Assembly: GCA_944323325.1 (NCBI GenBank)
Contig: CALUSF010000001.1
Span: 1-52,988, forward strand
Length of the DNA stretch: 52,988 nucleotides
Origin: Candidatus Gastranaerophilales bacterium
GTDB taxonomy: Bacteria; Cyanobacteriota; Vampirovibrionia; Gastranaerophilales; Gastranaerophilaceae
Direction: 5' to 3'
Below the pieces are notes generated by a model that saw nothing but the letters and a program-made list of their open reading frames with translations, ran no database searches and was not told the DNA's origin. Position 1 is the first letter of the stretch. Each line of letters begins with the position of its first letter. This document shows, one piece after another, positions 28,939-39,183 of this stretch. The position numbers and the translations under genes are program-made.

Positions 28939-30364
28939 GTATACTTTTTCTGAATACGTACAATAATCCGTAATTTGTAAAGAAAAAGATTATTAACTTA
29001 AGCAGGTTGACAGGTGCACTTTCAAGACTGAATACAATATCAATTCCTAAGTAGCAAACTATGCTTATAAAAAACAAAAGCGCAAAACTTTTTATAATTT
29101 TTCTTACGTTTACATAGTCAGTATCTTTAAATTTGGTAAATAAATTTATTGAAATAAGGCATGTTTCTGTCAAAAGTATAACAATTGCGGCACCCAATAC
29201 CGAATACTTGCTTATCATATAAATATTCAGAAAAAATGCCACAAATACAACAACAGCACCCAAGAACATTTCAATATAAATTTTGTTATTCAAATGATAT
29301 TTTATATTTATAAGTTTCATTAATTCATGCAAAAATACCGTAATTATAAAAAACGGAAATAAAAGCGCAACAGACTCGTAGTTTTGCGGTAAAACAACAG
29401 AGGTTATTTCTTTAGAAAAAAAGCAAAATCCGCATATAACAGGGAAAAGAATATACAAATACAATTGAATAACATTTGTAGAATACGGCTTAATAAACTT
29501 TTTCCTTTCAAAGTTTTTAATTATTATCGGAAAATTTACAAACATAAATAATCCCGCAAGCGGAGTGATTGTATTGGAGGCCAAAGACCACGCAATACCG
29601 AAGACAGAAGTATTAAGATATTCATTAAAAAACTGAAATATGAGCTTGGAAGAATGGAATACAGACCAATAACAAACATTAGTCAAAATTAGCGGAAGTG
29701 CATATTTTAGGATTTCATAAACTATATTTTTATCAATAAAAAAACTTATTTTGTATTTTTCATGTATTGCAGACAGCATATAAACATCTATCAAAACAAT
29801 GGCACATGTCATTGAAATAACTATTGCTGCGGCATTTGGAAGCAATTTAACAATACCTAAAAATATCACAATAAATATAAACTGATAAACTATAATACTT
29901 ATTGTATAAAGCCAATAAAGATTTTTCAGTCTTAAAATCTGATATATAAACTGCCTTATCCCGCAAGGAATAACAAGCACAAGAGTCAAAACAAATACGA
30001 GATTACTAACAGCAAACTTTGTAAGCAATATATTCTTAAACAGAATATACCCTCCAAGAATCAGGACATATACGCATACTGAAACCCAAAAGACCGTAGA
30101 CAAAAACACTTCAAGTTTATTTTGAAGATTGTATTTTTCATAAAATCTCAAAGTCGCTTTTGATATCCAATCAAAAGAACAGGTACAAATAAGGTTAAGC
30201 AGTTGGAGCGCAATTAAATATATACTCACCTCTTTAGGATTAAGTAGATGCGTAAACAAAGGTATGATTAAAAAAGAATTTAGTATCATTACCACTCTTG
30301 AAGGCAAGTACTGTACCAAATTCTTTAGTATTAATCTGTAATTATAAACAACCCGCTTTTCCAC
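28931..30364 (-). CDS. Polysaccharide flippase (Wzx/MOP family)
   Basis: Many TM segments; LIIPLFTHLL.P, ILKYALPL, LGAAI. Confidence 0.8.
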   Translation of the reverse strand: MEKRVVYNYRLILKNLVQYLPSRVVMILNSFLIIPLFTHLLNPKEVSIYLIALQLLNLICTCSFDWISKATLRFYEKYNLQNKLEVFLSTVFWVSVCVYVLILGGYILFKNILLTKFAVSNLVFVLTLVLVIPCGIRQFIYQILRLKNLYWLYTISIIVYQFIFIVIFLGIVKLLPNAAAIVISMTCAIVLIDVYMLSAIHEKYKISFFIDKNIVYEILKYALPLILTNVCYWSVFHSSKLIFQFFNEYLNTSVFGIAWSLASNTITPLAGLFMFVNFPIIIKNFERKKFIKPYSTNVIQLYLYILFPVICGFCFFSKEITSVVLPQNYESVALLFPFFIITVFLHELMKLINIKYHLNNKIYIEMFLGAVVVFVAFFLNIYMISKYSVLGAAIVILLTETCLISINLFTKFKDTDYVNVRKIIKSFALLFFISIVCYLGIDIVFSLESAPVNLLKLIIFFFTNYGLLYVFRKSILT

Positions 30365-30369
30365 CGGTA

Positions 30370-31029
30370 TTAATAATCAAACTTAAAGTTATTACGTTTT
30401 AAGTGACCGAAACAGCCGCCATACACAGTAGTTTTGCAGGCATTAAAATGAGTCTCAATTATTTCATCCAAATACTCACCTGAATATTTTTTTCTTACCT
30501 CGGGTGTAGCTCCTGCTTCATCTATACTTCCGTCATAGTATACACTAAAATACTGCAAATCGTATCCGATTTTATTCGGACCTTTTTTACCGTTTACATC
30601 AAAATACACTGCAAGCGGAGACTCTCCTTCTTCTTTTTGCATAGAAAATACTGAACCATCCGCCATAACATACGTTGTATATGGATCTCCCGTCCAGTTA
30701 GAAGGCTCAAAAGATTGACTCATATCAAGGTTAAAATATTTCGGAGCAAAACAACTATCTCCGGGGTCGCACTTTTGTGAAATATTGAGATATTTTGTTA
30801 TAAACTCATCAGCATCAAAATCCTGGCCCGTAATAGTATCAAATCCTATATCAGCCTTATACAAATCAAAGGCATTATGCATTTGTGAATAGAATTTCAA
30901 AACCTGTTTTTCTATAGACTGCTTGCTGACATCGCTCCTTAGAGCAGGCAGCGTAACGGACGCAATAACACCTATTACACCCAAAGTTACAAGAACCTCT
31001 GCAAGAGTAAAACCAAGTTTTTTCTTCAT
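30370..31029 (-). CDS. Type IV pilin/pseudopilin-like protein
   Basis: LGFTLAEVLVTLGVIGVIASVTLP; DVNGKKGPNKIGYD. Confidence 0.88.
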   Translation of the reverse strand: MKKKLGFTLAEVLVTLGVIGVIASVTLPALRSDVSKQSIEKQVLKFYSQMHNAFDLYKADIGFDTITGQDFDADEFITKYLNISQKCDPGDSCFAPKYFNLDMSQSFEPSNWTGDPYTTYVMADGSVFSMQKEEGESPLAVYFDVNGKKGPNKIGYDLQYFSVYYDGSIDEAGATPEVRKKYSGEYLDEIIETHFNACKTTVYGGCFGHLKRNNFKFDY

Positions 31030-31072
31030 ATTCACCTCTCTTTTCTTTAATATACAAATTGTACCAGAATTA

Positions 31073-32596
31073 TTAATTCATATCAACTCTGTATTGAAGC
31101 GCCTGTGTTAGATGGTTTATATTAATATTTTCATTACCCTCTAAATCGGCAATTGTTCTGGCAAGCTTTAGAATTCGATTAAATCTTCGGCCTGAAAGTT
31201 GATATTTAACCGCTGCAGCCTGCAGCAAATCGGAAGAAGCTTTATCCAAAGCGCAATATTTTTTTATTTGACGATTATTCAGTTCTGAATTCGTAAAAAT
31301 GCCCTCATTTTTGTATCTTAATGCCTGAATTTTCCTTGCCTTCAGCACCCTTTCTCTTATCTTATCAGAGGGTTCGGCATCCTCTTTTATACTCATAAGT
31401 TCATCAGTCGTAAGCCTCGGAACATTTATTATTAAATCAATTCTGTCCAAAAGCGGACCGGATAAACGGGCCCGATATTTTTGAATTTGATACTCCGTAC
31501 ATGTACATTGTTTTTCCCTGTCGCCTAAAAATCCGCACGGGCACGGATTCATAGCACCTACAAGCATGAATTTTGCAGGATATTTAACAGAAAACTTGGT
31601 ACGTGAAATTACAACCTCGCCATCTTCAATAGGCTGCCTTAAAACTTCCAAAACCTGGCGCGGAAATTCAATCATCTCGTCAAGAAATAATACACCTCTG
31701 TGCGCAAGTGATATTTCACCGGGCTTTGGATTTGCTCCGCCTCCTATAATACCGTTCGGAGAAGCCGTATGATGTACCGGCCGGAACGGGCGAATTGTAA
31801 CCAACGGTTCATCAGCCCGAAGCATACCGGCCACACTGTATATTTTTGTAAGTTCAAGGGCTTCTTCCAGTTCTAGGGGAGGCAATATTGAAGCCAGACA
31901 CTTTGCCATCAATGTTTTTCCCGAACCCGGAGAGCCGGACATCAAAATATTATGCCCGCCTGCAGCTGCTATTTCAAGAGCCTTTTTTGCTTTTTGCTGG
32001 CCTTTTACATCTTTAAAATCATACGCAAAGTCCTTTGGTTCACAATCTTTCATATAAGAATCAATATCAATACGCGTTTTAGTAATAGGGACCTCGGTAA
32101 AATGGTTAACAATATCCGACAAATGTTCCGCGCCGTACACATCAATACCTTGAACCAAAGCCGCTTCTTTTGCATTTTGTGCGGGAACAAAAACAGTTTT
32201 TATACCGGCATTTTTAAGCCCGCCTACAAGAGGCAAGACTCCCGCAATTTTCCGTAAAGAACCGTCCAGAGAAAGCTCACCAAGATAAGCAATTGAATCG
32301 TCATCAGGAATAGAAATCCCCTCTTCTTTTAGGATTCCGATTGCTATAGGTAAATCGAAATTCGTACCCTCCTTTCTTATATCCGCAGGAGCCAAATTCA
32401 CAACAACCCTGCCGAGAGGAAATGTAAAACCTGAATTTTTGATTGCTGCACGAACCCGTTCTCGAGCTTCATTTACCGCGCTATCAGGCAAACCTACAAT
32501 ACTTATATTAGGCAAAGAATTGATTACATCAACTTCCGCTTCTATTTTGCAGGAATTAATTCCTAATGTCGCAGCTGTAATAGCCTTTGTTACCAT
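31073..32596 (-). CDS. comM: YifB/ComM Mg-chelatase-like AAA ATPase
   Basis: VGLPD, NLAPADIRKEG, GSPGSGKT, PGEISLAHRGVLFLDE, SGPLLDRID. Confidence 0.95.
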   Translation of the reverse strand: MVTKAITAATLGINSCKIEAEVDVINSLPNISIVGLPDSAVNEARERVRAAIKNSGFTFPLGRVVVNLAPADIRKEGTNFDLPIAIGILKEEGISIPDDDSIAYLGELSLDGSLRKIAGVLPLVGGLKNAGIKTVFVPAQNAKEAALVQGIDVYGAEHLSDIVNHFTEVPITKTRIDIDSYMKDCEPKDFAYDFKDVKGQQKAKKALEIAAAGGHNILMSGSPGSGKTLMAKCLASILPPLELEEALELTKIYSVAGMLRADEPLVTIRPFRPVHHTASPNGIIGGGANPKPGEISLAHRGVLFLDEMIEFPRQVLEVLRQPIEDGEVVISRTKFSVKYPAKFMLVGAMNPCPCGFLGDREKQCTCTEYQIQKYRARLSGPLLDRIDLIINVPRLTTDELMSIKEDAEPSDKIRERVLKARKIQALRYKNEGIFTNSELNNRQIKKYCALDKASSDLLQAAAVKYQLSGRRFNRILKLARTIADLEGNENININHLTQALQYRVDMN

Positions 32597-32598
32597 AA

Positions 32599-32850
32599 TT
32601 ACCTATCCGGCAGCATTGATGAAATCTCTGCAACAATTCTTGCAATGTCAGGCCCGCCAAAAACAGCCTCTAGAATCAGAGAAGAATTAATTACTGTAGT
32701 TTCTCTGTATTCCATAGTATCAATATCTATTATATTAAACTCAATATAATCCTCTCCGACATAAACAACTTTACCATATTCAGCGCCGGTTGCCCACCTT
32801 AAAAACATATATTTTTGTTCAAATATTTTGAGTCTGTCTATTAATTTCAT
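32599..32850 (-). CDS. Small hypothetical protein (beta-rich, possibly Sm-like)
   Basis: MKLIDRL..EYGKVVYVGEDYIEF; GAAGG RBS. Confidence 0.65.
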   Translation of the reverse strand: MKLIDRLKIFEQKYMFLRWATGAEYGKVVYVGEDYIEFNIIDIDTMEYRETTVINSSLILEAVFGGPDIARIVAEISSMLPDR

Positions 32851-32900
32851 TTCAATACCTTCGCTTGTATATAATATTATTAGTCTTATTTTTCTTAAAG

Positions 32901-33551
32901 TCAAATCAAAAGTTTTATCAAGAAATTTTTAAGAACCATTTCATCCTCAGGAGATATATTTACAAACTTAAAGATATATAATGTTTCTCCGAAATGATCT
33001 TCTATTTCACTTTTTTCTCTGACAAATTTAGTTTCAACAGTCATTTTGCCATCCGGGAAATTAATTAACGTATCTTTCGGCAGCTCTAACGTTAAAATAC
33101 CTGAAATTTTTCTGTATATACTGGGAACCTGTTCGGTTGAGAAGAATGAAATACCGCCCAGAGCCAAGTCATAAGTATTTGTTTTAATTTCGTAACCGTC
33201 ATTAAATTTTATACTTACAGGCAGCGATATAACCTTTCTTGAACTGCTTCTCAGTTGTATATAATCCCATGTCTTCGGAAGGCTGACTTCATAAATAACC
33301 TCTCTCAAGGACATATTACAATCAATAAATGTAACTTTTGTTTTATAAACACCGTCAGGAGTAAATACATTTAACTCTGCCGGAATCTTTCTTTTTGGTT
33401 TGTTAAAGTTTACCGGTGTAGGAGATGCAAAATAGCATTCTTTCTTATCCAAAAATCTTAATGACACTTCAAGTCTTTTTCTTGAACCGTTATCTACATA
33501 TACTAAATAAATTTTTGTAATATTTGAATCTCTTAAAATATTGTGTTGCAT
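32901..33551 (-). CDS. PilZ domain protein (YcgR-like)
   Basis: QLRSSSR (RxxxR) and DLALGG motifs. Confidence 0.75.
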   Translation of the reverse strand: MQHNILRDSNITKIYLVYVDNGSRKRLEVSLRFLDKKECYFASPTPVNFNKPKRKIPAELNVFTPDGVYKTKVTFIDCNMSLREVIYEVSLPKTWDYIQLRSSSRKVISLPVSIKFNDGYEIKTNTYDLALGGISFFSTEQVPSIYRKISGILTLELPKDTLINFPDGKMTVETKFVREKSEIEDHFGETLYIFKFVNISPEDEMVLKNFLIKLLI

Positions 33552-33619
33552 ATTCCAAAATCTCTCTTTCCTTTTTATATTAACACATAATGAAAAAGAT
33601 AACAACTTATAATACAAAC

Positions 33620-33648
33620 TTGACGCAAGTATATAAAAAAGATAAAAT
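33620..33648 (+). promoter_or_regulatory. Sigma70-type promoter of glutamate synthase genes
   Basis: TTGACG-17-TAAAAT, 9 nt before ATG 33658. Confidence 0.65.
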
Positions 33649-33657
33649 TATGATTAT

Positions 33658-34764
33658 ATGTGTAGAATCGGAGCAATAAAATCAAAAAGCAAATTTCATC
33701 CTTCCGTTGCGCTAAAACTTATGCGCAGCCAGCAAGAAGGTCACGATGATTCGGGATTTGCCTTTGTAATGCAGGATATGGGAGGAATATTTGAGAATTA
33801 TAAAGATTTACCCCTGTTATCCATGGCTGCAACAGTTGAAGGAACGCGACTTGCGGAAGATATATTAAGAGAGATTGGATTTTCGCGGGTTATGCAGTGG
33901 TCACCGAACATCAATAATCGTAAGGGGTTAAAAATTGAGGCAATGCCTAATTATATTTTTGAAGTGCTGCAGTACCCAAAAAGTTATAAACACGCAACAA
34001 AACAGGAAAAAGAAGAACTTTTGATTGATACTTCAATAAGGCTGCGTAAAACTCTTGATGAAATTTCTGCCGGTTTTATATATTCATTCTGGCCTGATAC
34101 CCTTACATTAAAAGAAATCGGAAGTCCGCGCGATATCGGAACTTACTTTGACCTCTGGGAAGAAAACAAAGATTTAACATCAAGCATAATTACCGCACAA
34201 TGCAGGCAAAATACTAATTATGATATAGTACGATATGCAGCGCATCCGTTTTTTCTGGAAGGATATACGGGGCTTGTAAACGGTGAAAACACTTTTTACG
34301 AAAAAAACAAATTTTACCAGCAAAAACTCTACAAAGGGTACATAGGATTTGAATCGGATTCCCAGTGTCTTTTGTACACACTGCATTATATGAACAAGAT
34401 TTTAAAATGGCCTCTTAAGTATTTCAAACATATAATTACTCCGCTTGAGTATGACGAAATAATCAAGCGTGAAGACAAAGAAATTCTTTTAAGAATAAAA
34501 GCCTCGCTCTCACATCTGGAAATTAACGGACCGAATACACTTCTTGCAGTAACTCCGGATAAGGAGCTGATGTGCGTTTGCGATTCAAAGAAACTCCGTC
34601 CCGTTGTAATAGGAAGGAATGAGAATACCGTAATTATGACATCCGAAGTTGAGGGAATAAATGATTTATTACCTAACAGAGATATAACTAAGGATATTTA
34701 TCCGAATGAACGCGAAACAATCATAGTAAGAAATGATTTAACGGTGGAAAGATGGCCTCAGTAA
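33658..34764 (+). CDS. Glutamate synthase amidotransferase subunit (class II GATase)
   Basis: N-terminal MCR, RQNTN, AAHPF, NGE, SDS, KLRP. Confidence 0.88.
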   Translation: MCRIGAIKSKSKFHPSVALKLMRSQQEGHDDSGFAFVMQDMGGIFENYKDLPLLSMAATVEGTRLAEDILREIGFSRVMQWSPNINNRKGLKIEAMPNYIFEVLQYPKSYKHATKQEKEELLIDTSIRLRKTLDEISAGFIYSFWPDTLTLKEIGSPRDIGTYFDLWEENKDLTSSIITAQCRQNTNYDIVRYAAHPFFLEGYTGLVNGENTFYEKNKFYQQKLYKGYIGFESDSQCLLYTLHYMNKILKWPLKYFKHIITPLEYDEIIKREDKEILLRIKASLSHLEINGPNTLLAVTPDKELMCVCDSKKLRPVVIGRNENTVIMTSEVEGINDLLPNRDITKDIYPNERETIIVRNDLTVERWPQ

Positions 34765-36377
34765 GAATTAATGAATTACATAAGGGCGACTTGCCCTGGA
34801 TAATAGAATATGATGAATCCAAATGCATACAATGCGGACGATGTACGGCGGCGTGCTCTTTTAATGCAATTTATCCCGCCGCGGAGACCAGAAGAACAAA
34901 TTCTATAGCTTCAAAAAATAAAACAGAAAGAGTTCTCGTTATAAAACAAAACATATCGCTTGAAAACTATTGCCGGGGCTGCGGAATGTGCGCAAATGTA
35001 TGCCCGAACGGTGCTATAAAAGCAATAAGAAATAAAGATGACAAATATTCCGTTGTATACAGAGCCATAAAAGCGGATTCTTTCAAAAAGGGCGGACGTT
35101 CAAACCTGAATACGGAAGGGCGTACACTTGATAAAATAAAAGTCGGCAGAATATCTCAAATGACAGATCCGTCTTTGGATGCCCAGAGACATACATTTGA
35201 ACTTAAAACACCTTTCGGAAGAGTCTTAAAGGCTGATAAATTAAATTTTGACATTAGGGACGGGGAAATTATTGAAACGGCTCAACTTCCGCCGGTACGT
35301 TGGATTTATCCCGTAATTTTCGGGGATATGTCAATAGGTGCGGTATCCTGGCGTATGTGGGAAGCGATGGCTATTGCGACGGCTTACCTTAATGAAGTTA
35401 TGGGAATTCCTATATGCATGTGTACCGGAGAAGGCGGAATTCCGACTAAACTCCTTAAGTCAAGATACGCAAAGTACATGATACTGCAGATAGCCTCAGG
35501 ACATTTCGGCTGGAACAGAATATTGAAAGCAATGCCTGATATGACAGAAGATCCCGCCGGAATTTTAATTAAAATCGGACAGGGGGCTAAGCCCGGTGAC
35601 GGAGGTCTTTTACTTGCAAGCAAAGTCGCAAGATATGTTCAGGAAATAAGAGGGGTGCCGAAAGCTGACCTGCTTTCTCCTCCGACACATCAAGGGTTAT
35701 ATTCAATTGAAGAAAGCGTTCAAAAAATGTTTCTGTCTATGAATGCAGCATTTAAATTTAAAGTACCCGTTGCAATAAAAGTTGCCGCTTCCGTTACCAG
35801 CGTTTCTGTCTACAACAACCTTCTGAGGGATCCTTACAATATTGTAGGCGGATTCTTCCTTGACGGACTTGCAGCAGGAACAGGCGCCGCGCATGAAATT
35901 TCACTTAACCATACGGGACATCCGATTACTTCAAAATTAAGAGACTGCTATCTTGCAGCAGTACATCAGGGAAGACAGGGAGAAATTCCGTTATTTGCAG
36001 GCGGCGGTTTAGGTCAAAGCGGAAGCTTTGCAGCTGATGCGTTTAAATTAATCTGTCTCGGAGCAAACGGAGTTTTTACGGGCAGGATGCTTATGGAAAT
36101 TGCAGGCTGTGTCGGAAACGATACCGGAAAATGCAATGCTTGTAATACGGGACTTTGTCCGGCAGGAATTGCAGCACAAAACGACAATCTCGTAAAACGG
36201 CTTGATGTTGATAAAGTTGCTCAAAACCTTGTCAATTATATACTGGCAACGGATATAGAACTCAAAAAATTAATGGCGCCGATTGGCTGCTCAACTCTCC
36301 CAATCGGGCGTTCAGATGCACTAATTACCGTTGATAAACACATATCTAACAGACTTGATATTCAGTACGGATGCTAG
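34752..36377 (+). CDS. Glutamate synthase FMN-binding subunit with ferredoxin domain
   Basis: Two CxxCxxC motifs; TGEGG, QIASG, KIGQGAKPG.GG.L, C-terminal Cys cluster. Confidence 0.92.
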   Translation: MASVRINELHKGDLPWIIEYDESKCIQCGRCTAACSFNAIYPAAETRRTNSIASKNKTERVLVIKQNISLENYCRGCGMCANVCPNGAIKAIRNKDDKYSVVYRAIKADSFKKGGRSNLNTEGRTLDKIKVGRISQMTDPSLDAQRHTFELKTPFGRVLKADKLNFDIRDGEIIETAQLPPVRWIYPVIFGDMSIGAVSWRMWEAMAIATAYLNEVMGIPICMCTGEGGIPTKLLKSRYAKYMILQIASGHFGWNRILKAMPDMTEDPAGILIKIGQGAKPGDGGLLLASKVARYVQEIRGVPKADLLSPPTHQGLYSIEESVQKMFLSMNAAFKFKVPVAIKVAASVTSVSVYNNLLRDPYNIVGGFFLDGLAAGTGAAHEISLNHTGHPITSKLRDCYLAAVHQGRQGEIPLFAGGGLGQSGSFAADAFKLICLGANGVFTGRMLMEIAGCVGNDTGKCNACNTGLCPAGIAAQNDNLVKRLDVDKVAQNLVNYILATDIELKKLMAPIGCSTLPIGRSDALITVDKHISNRLDIQYGC

Positions 36378-36475
36378 ACATTGGCAATAGCACTTTACTA
36401 CTTATAATATGACAATAACATAATTGAATTGTACAGTTTAGTTTGATATAATTACACTAAACTTAGGGGCTAAGT

Positions 36476-37528
36476 ATGACCGTCTGTAAAATTAAAACAT
36501 TAAAAAATAACATCAGAATGTCTACGCAGGAACTTCTTCAAACAATTTACAAAAAAATTGAAGATGGAGTTACGGAGTTTGATATAGAAGCTTGCGGGCA
36601 GCATGATATCGGAAGTGCCGTATGGAACAAAGACGGCAAAGAGCTGCGGTTCCATGTTACGAACCCGGGACAGCGTGTAGGCGGTATGGCAATGGACGGG
36701 GTAAAAATACTTGTTGAAGGCTCCGCCCCCGCAGACGTCGGCTGGTTGAATTCCGGTGCTGAAATTATTGTTCAGGGTGATTGCGGAGATACTGCTGCGC
36801 ACTGTGCCGCAGGAGGGAAAATATATATAGGCGGAAGAGTCGGAACACGCTCAGGCGCGTTAATGAAACACGACCCCAGATTTGAACCGCCGGAATTCTG
36901 GGTTCTTAAAAACACCGGCTCATTTAGCTTTGAGTTTATGAGCGGAGGTATAGCGGTAATTTGCGGATATGGATGTGAAGATACTACCTCAATACTCGGG
37001 AATCGTTCCTGTGTCGGAATGGTAGGCGGAACTGTTTATGTAAGAGGAAATGTCAAAGGACTCGCAAATTGTGTAGAACAAACCCCGCTTGATAAATTTG
37101 ATAAAGATTTCCTAAAATCAGGCATGCCGGAATTTCTTAAATCAATCAACAGGGGGGATTTATATAGCGAGCTTACGGATTTTTCAAAGTGGAGTAAAAT
37201 TATCCCGCTTCCTAAAGAATTAAAAGAAAAAAAGATTCCCGTTAAAGAATTTATATCCAAAGAATGGTTTAAAGACGGACTGTTCGGAGATTTGGTAGAA
37301 GATGACGGAGAGGTCTTTACACTTGCACAAAGCGGAAAAGCAAGATTGAGAAAACCCGTTTGGAACCCCAAATTATGTGTAGAATGTGACTTGTGCAAAA
37401 ATAACTGCCCCCAAAGAGCAATAATAAAACAAGATAAAACGTACGCCTCCACAGACGAAAAATGCATAGGATGCGGAATTTGTGCCGCAGTTTGCCCGAG
37501 AAAAGCCTGGATTATGGAAACTTTATAA
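36476..37528 (+). CDS. Glutamate synthase GXGXG subunit with C-terminal ferredoxin
   Basis: GQRVG, GWLNSG, FEFMSGG, CVGMVGG; CVECDLC and CIGCGIC. Confidence 0.88.
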   Translation: MTVCKIKTLKNNIRMSTQELLQTIYKKIEDGVTEFDIEACGQHDIGSAVWNKDGKELRFHVTNPGQRVGGMAMDGVKILVEGSAPADVGWLNSGAEIIVQGDCGDTAAHCAAGGKIYIGGRVGTRSGALMKHDPRFEPPEFWVLKNTGSFSFEFMSGGIAVICGYGCEDTTSILGNRSCVGMVGGTVYVRGNVKGLANCVEQTPLDKFDKDFLKSGMPEFLKSINRGDLYSELTDFSKWSKIIPLPKELKEKKIPVKEFISKEWFKDGLFGDLVEDDGEVFTLAQSGKARLRKPVWNPKLCVECDLCKNNCPQRAIIKQDKTYASTDEKCIGCGICAAVCPRKAWIMETL

Positions 37529-38038
37529 ATCTTTTTTCAACCAATCAGCAAGATTCCTTATTTCGCCGAAATCAGTATTCTTTAGTATTTCCGGAGTATC
37601 AAGATTTTCCCCGATAGGGTCTATAAAAATTTCACCGTCTTTATATTTACCGGCATAGTTTTTGCCCTCATTTACGCAATAAGGAACTTTAACACGCCCG
37701 TCTTTTATCAAATAAGCAAGTCCATGAACCCTGCAAACTATAGGACGATATGGATAAACGGAGCATTTTTTATCAATCAAAAACGGACATTTACCGCCGG
37801 GGGTAATATTCCTGAAATTTTCCTGAACTTTACGCTTTGTATCGTTATCCAGCCTCATAAAACCCTTCATCAGATATTCCAATTCAAGATTTGATAACGG
37901 ATAATCACCCTTTTCGCAGCAGAAGGAACAACCTATTTTACAGCATAAATACTCTTTATGCCTGTTAAAATACTCTTCAAGGCGCCTGTCCAAAGCATTT
38001 AGAATCTGTTTTATTTCTGTCCCCAAAACCTTGCCCAA
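37523..38038 (-). CDS. YkgJ family cysteine-cluster protein
   Basis: CKIGCSFCC, CPFL, CSVY..RPIVCR. Confidence 0.88.
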   Translation of the reverse strand: MGKVLGTEIKQILNALDRRLEEYFNRHKEYLCCKIGCSFCCEKGDYPLSNLELEYLMKGFMRLDNDTKRKVQENFRNITPGGKCPFLIDKKCSVYPYRPIVCRVHGLAYLIKDGRVKVPYCVNEGKNYAGKYKDGEIFIDPIGENLDTPEILKNTDFGEIRNLADWLKKDL

Positions 38039-38652
38039 AATTTCTTTGAAGTATGGCTTTCCAGCTGTTCAATCCTTTGTGATAACTCTTTATTGTGTTC
38101 CAAAAGTTCTTGCACCTGTTTTGCAAGAATTTCATTATCTCTTTTGTACCCGCCTGCTTCAATCAATTTATTCGCCATATCGGAATTTGTTATATCATCA
38201 CTGATTTTTTTTGCAACGGCTTCAGCAAGCATCTGAAGAGTTTGCGATGAAACATCAAGAGTAAAGCTTTTACCTTGAGGAATCGGCTCGGGCTTCACTT
38301 CCTCTTTCACGGCAACTTCGGTTGAAGTTTGTGAACCTTCTTCTTGTTTTTCATCCAATAAATCCGTGACCATAACGGGCTGAACCGGCTGCAAAACTTC
38401 TTCTTGTTTTTCCACTTTTGCTTCCATTCGTGAAAGCTTAGTAATTATTTGCTCATCACTGTAACCTTGAGCCTTTAGAGAAATACCTTTTTTTATCTTT
38501 TCCAAGGCCAAATCATCATAGAATTCAAGACCGTCTTCGTCCTCGTATATTGATTCTATTTTCCAGTCTTCAAGAAACAAATCAAGCGAATGCTTGTCAA
38601 TATAATAGTTTTCTGAATTCAAACTTTTCAAAATCATTTCTCTGTTAAACAT
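38011..38652 (-). CDS. Hypothetical protein (possible MerR-like N-terminus, coiled-coil C-terminus)
   Basis: GAGGG RBS; FYDD..LEKIKK..LKAQGYS..I. Confidence 0.65.
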   Translation of the reverse strand: MFNREMILKSLNSENYYIDKHSLDLFLEDWKIESIYEDEDGLEFYDDLALEKIKKGISLKAQGYSDEQIITKLSRMEAKVEKQEEVLQPVQPVMVTDLLDEKQEEGSQTSTEVAVKEEVKPEPIPQGKSFTLDVSSQTLQMLAEAVAKKISDDITNSDMANKLIEAGGYKRDNEILAKQVQELLEHNKELSQRIEQLESHTSKKFWARFWGQK

Positions 38653-38686
38653 CCGCCTACCCTCTTTTTCAATCTATCCTATACCC

Positions 38687-39133
38687 CTAGCGTTTTACCA
38701 TCCTTGCAATATCTCTTTCCTGCGTTTTTTTGGTAATAGCCTCACGTTTATCATAAAGCTTTTTACCTTTGGCAAGACCCAGTTCTATTTTAGCAAAACC
38801 ATGGGTTAAAAACAATTCCAAAGGAATAATTGTTACACCGTCTTTTTTTACTTTATCCTGAATTTTTAAAATCTCACGTTTTTGCAGAAGCAATTTTCGC
38901 ACCCTGTCAGGCTTATGATTAAACCGGTTCCCCTGTTCATAAGGCGAAATATGCATTCCGTATAAAAAAACCTCATTATTTTCAATTTTTGCAAAAGAAT
39001 CTTTAAGATTAATTGTTCCTTTACGTACGGATTTTATTTCCGTTCCGGTTAACACAATCCCTGCAATAAATTTATCAAAAATTAAAAAATCATGAAAAGC
39101 TTTTCTGTTTGTAGATATGACTTTTTTATCCAT
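38687..39133 (-). CDS. smpB: SsrA-binding protein
   Basis: NRKAFHDF, AGIVLTGTEIKS, RKLLL, GKKLYDKR. Confidence 0.98.
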   Translation of the reverse strand: MDKKVISTNRKAFHDFLIFDKFIAGIVLTGTEIKSVRKGTINLKDSFAKIENNEVFLYGMHISPYEQGNRFNHKPDRVRKLLLQKREILKIQDKVKKDGVTIIPLELFLTHGFAKIELGLAKGKKLYDKREAITKKTQERDIARMVKR

Positions 39134-39183
39134 AAACGTATTATAGTGGAAAATTAAGAGTTTGTATAGCAAAATATTAAAAC

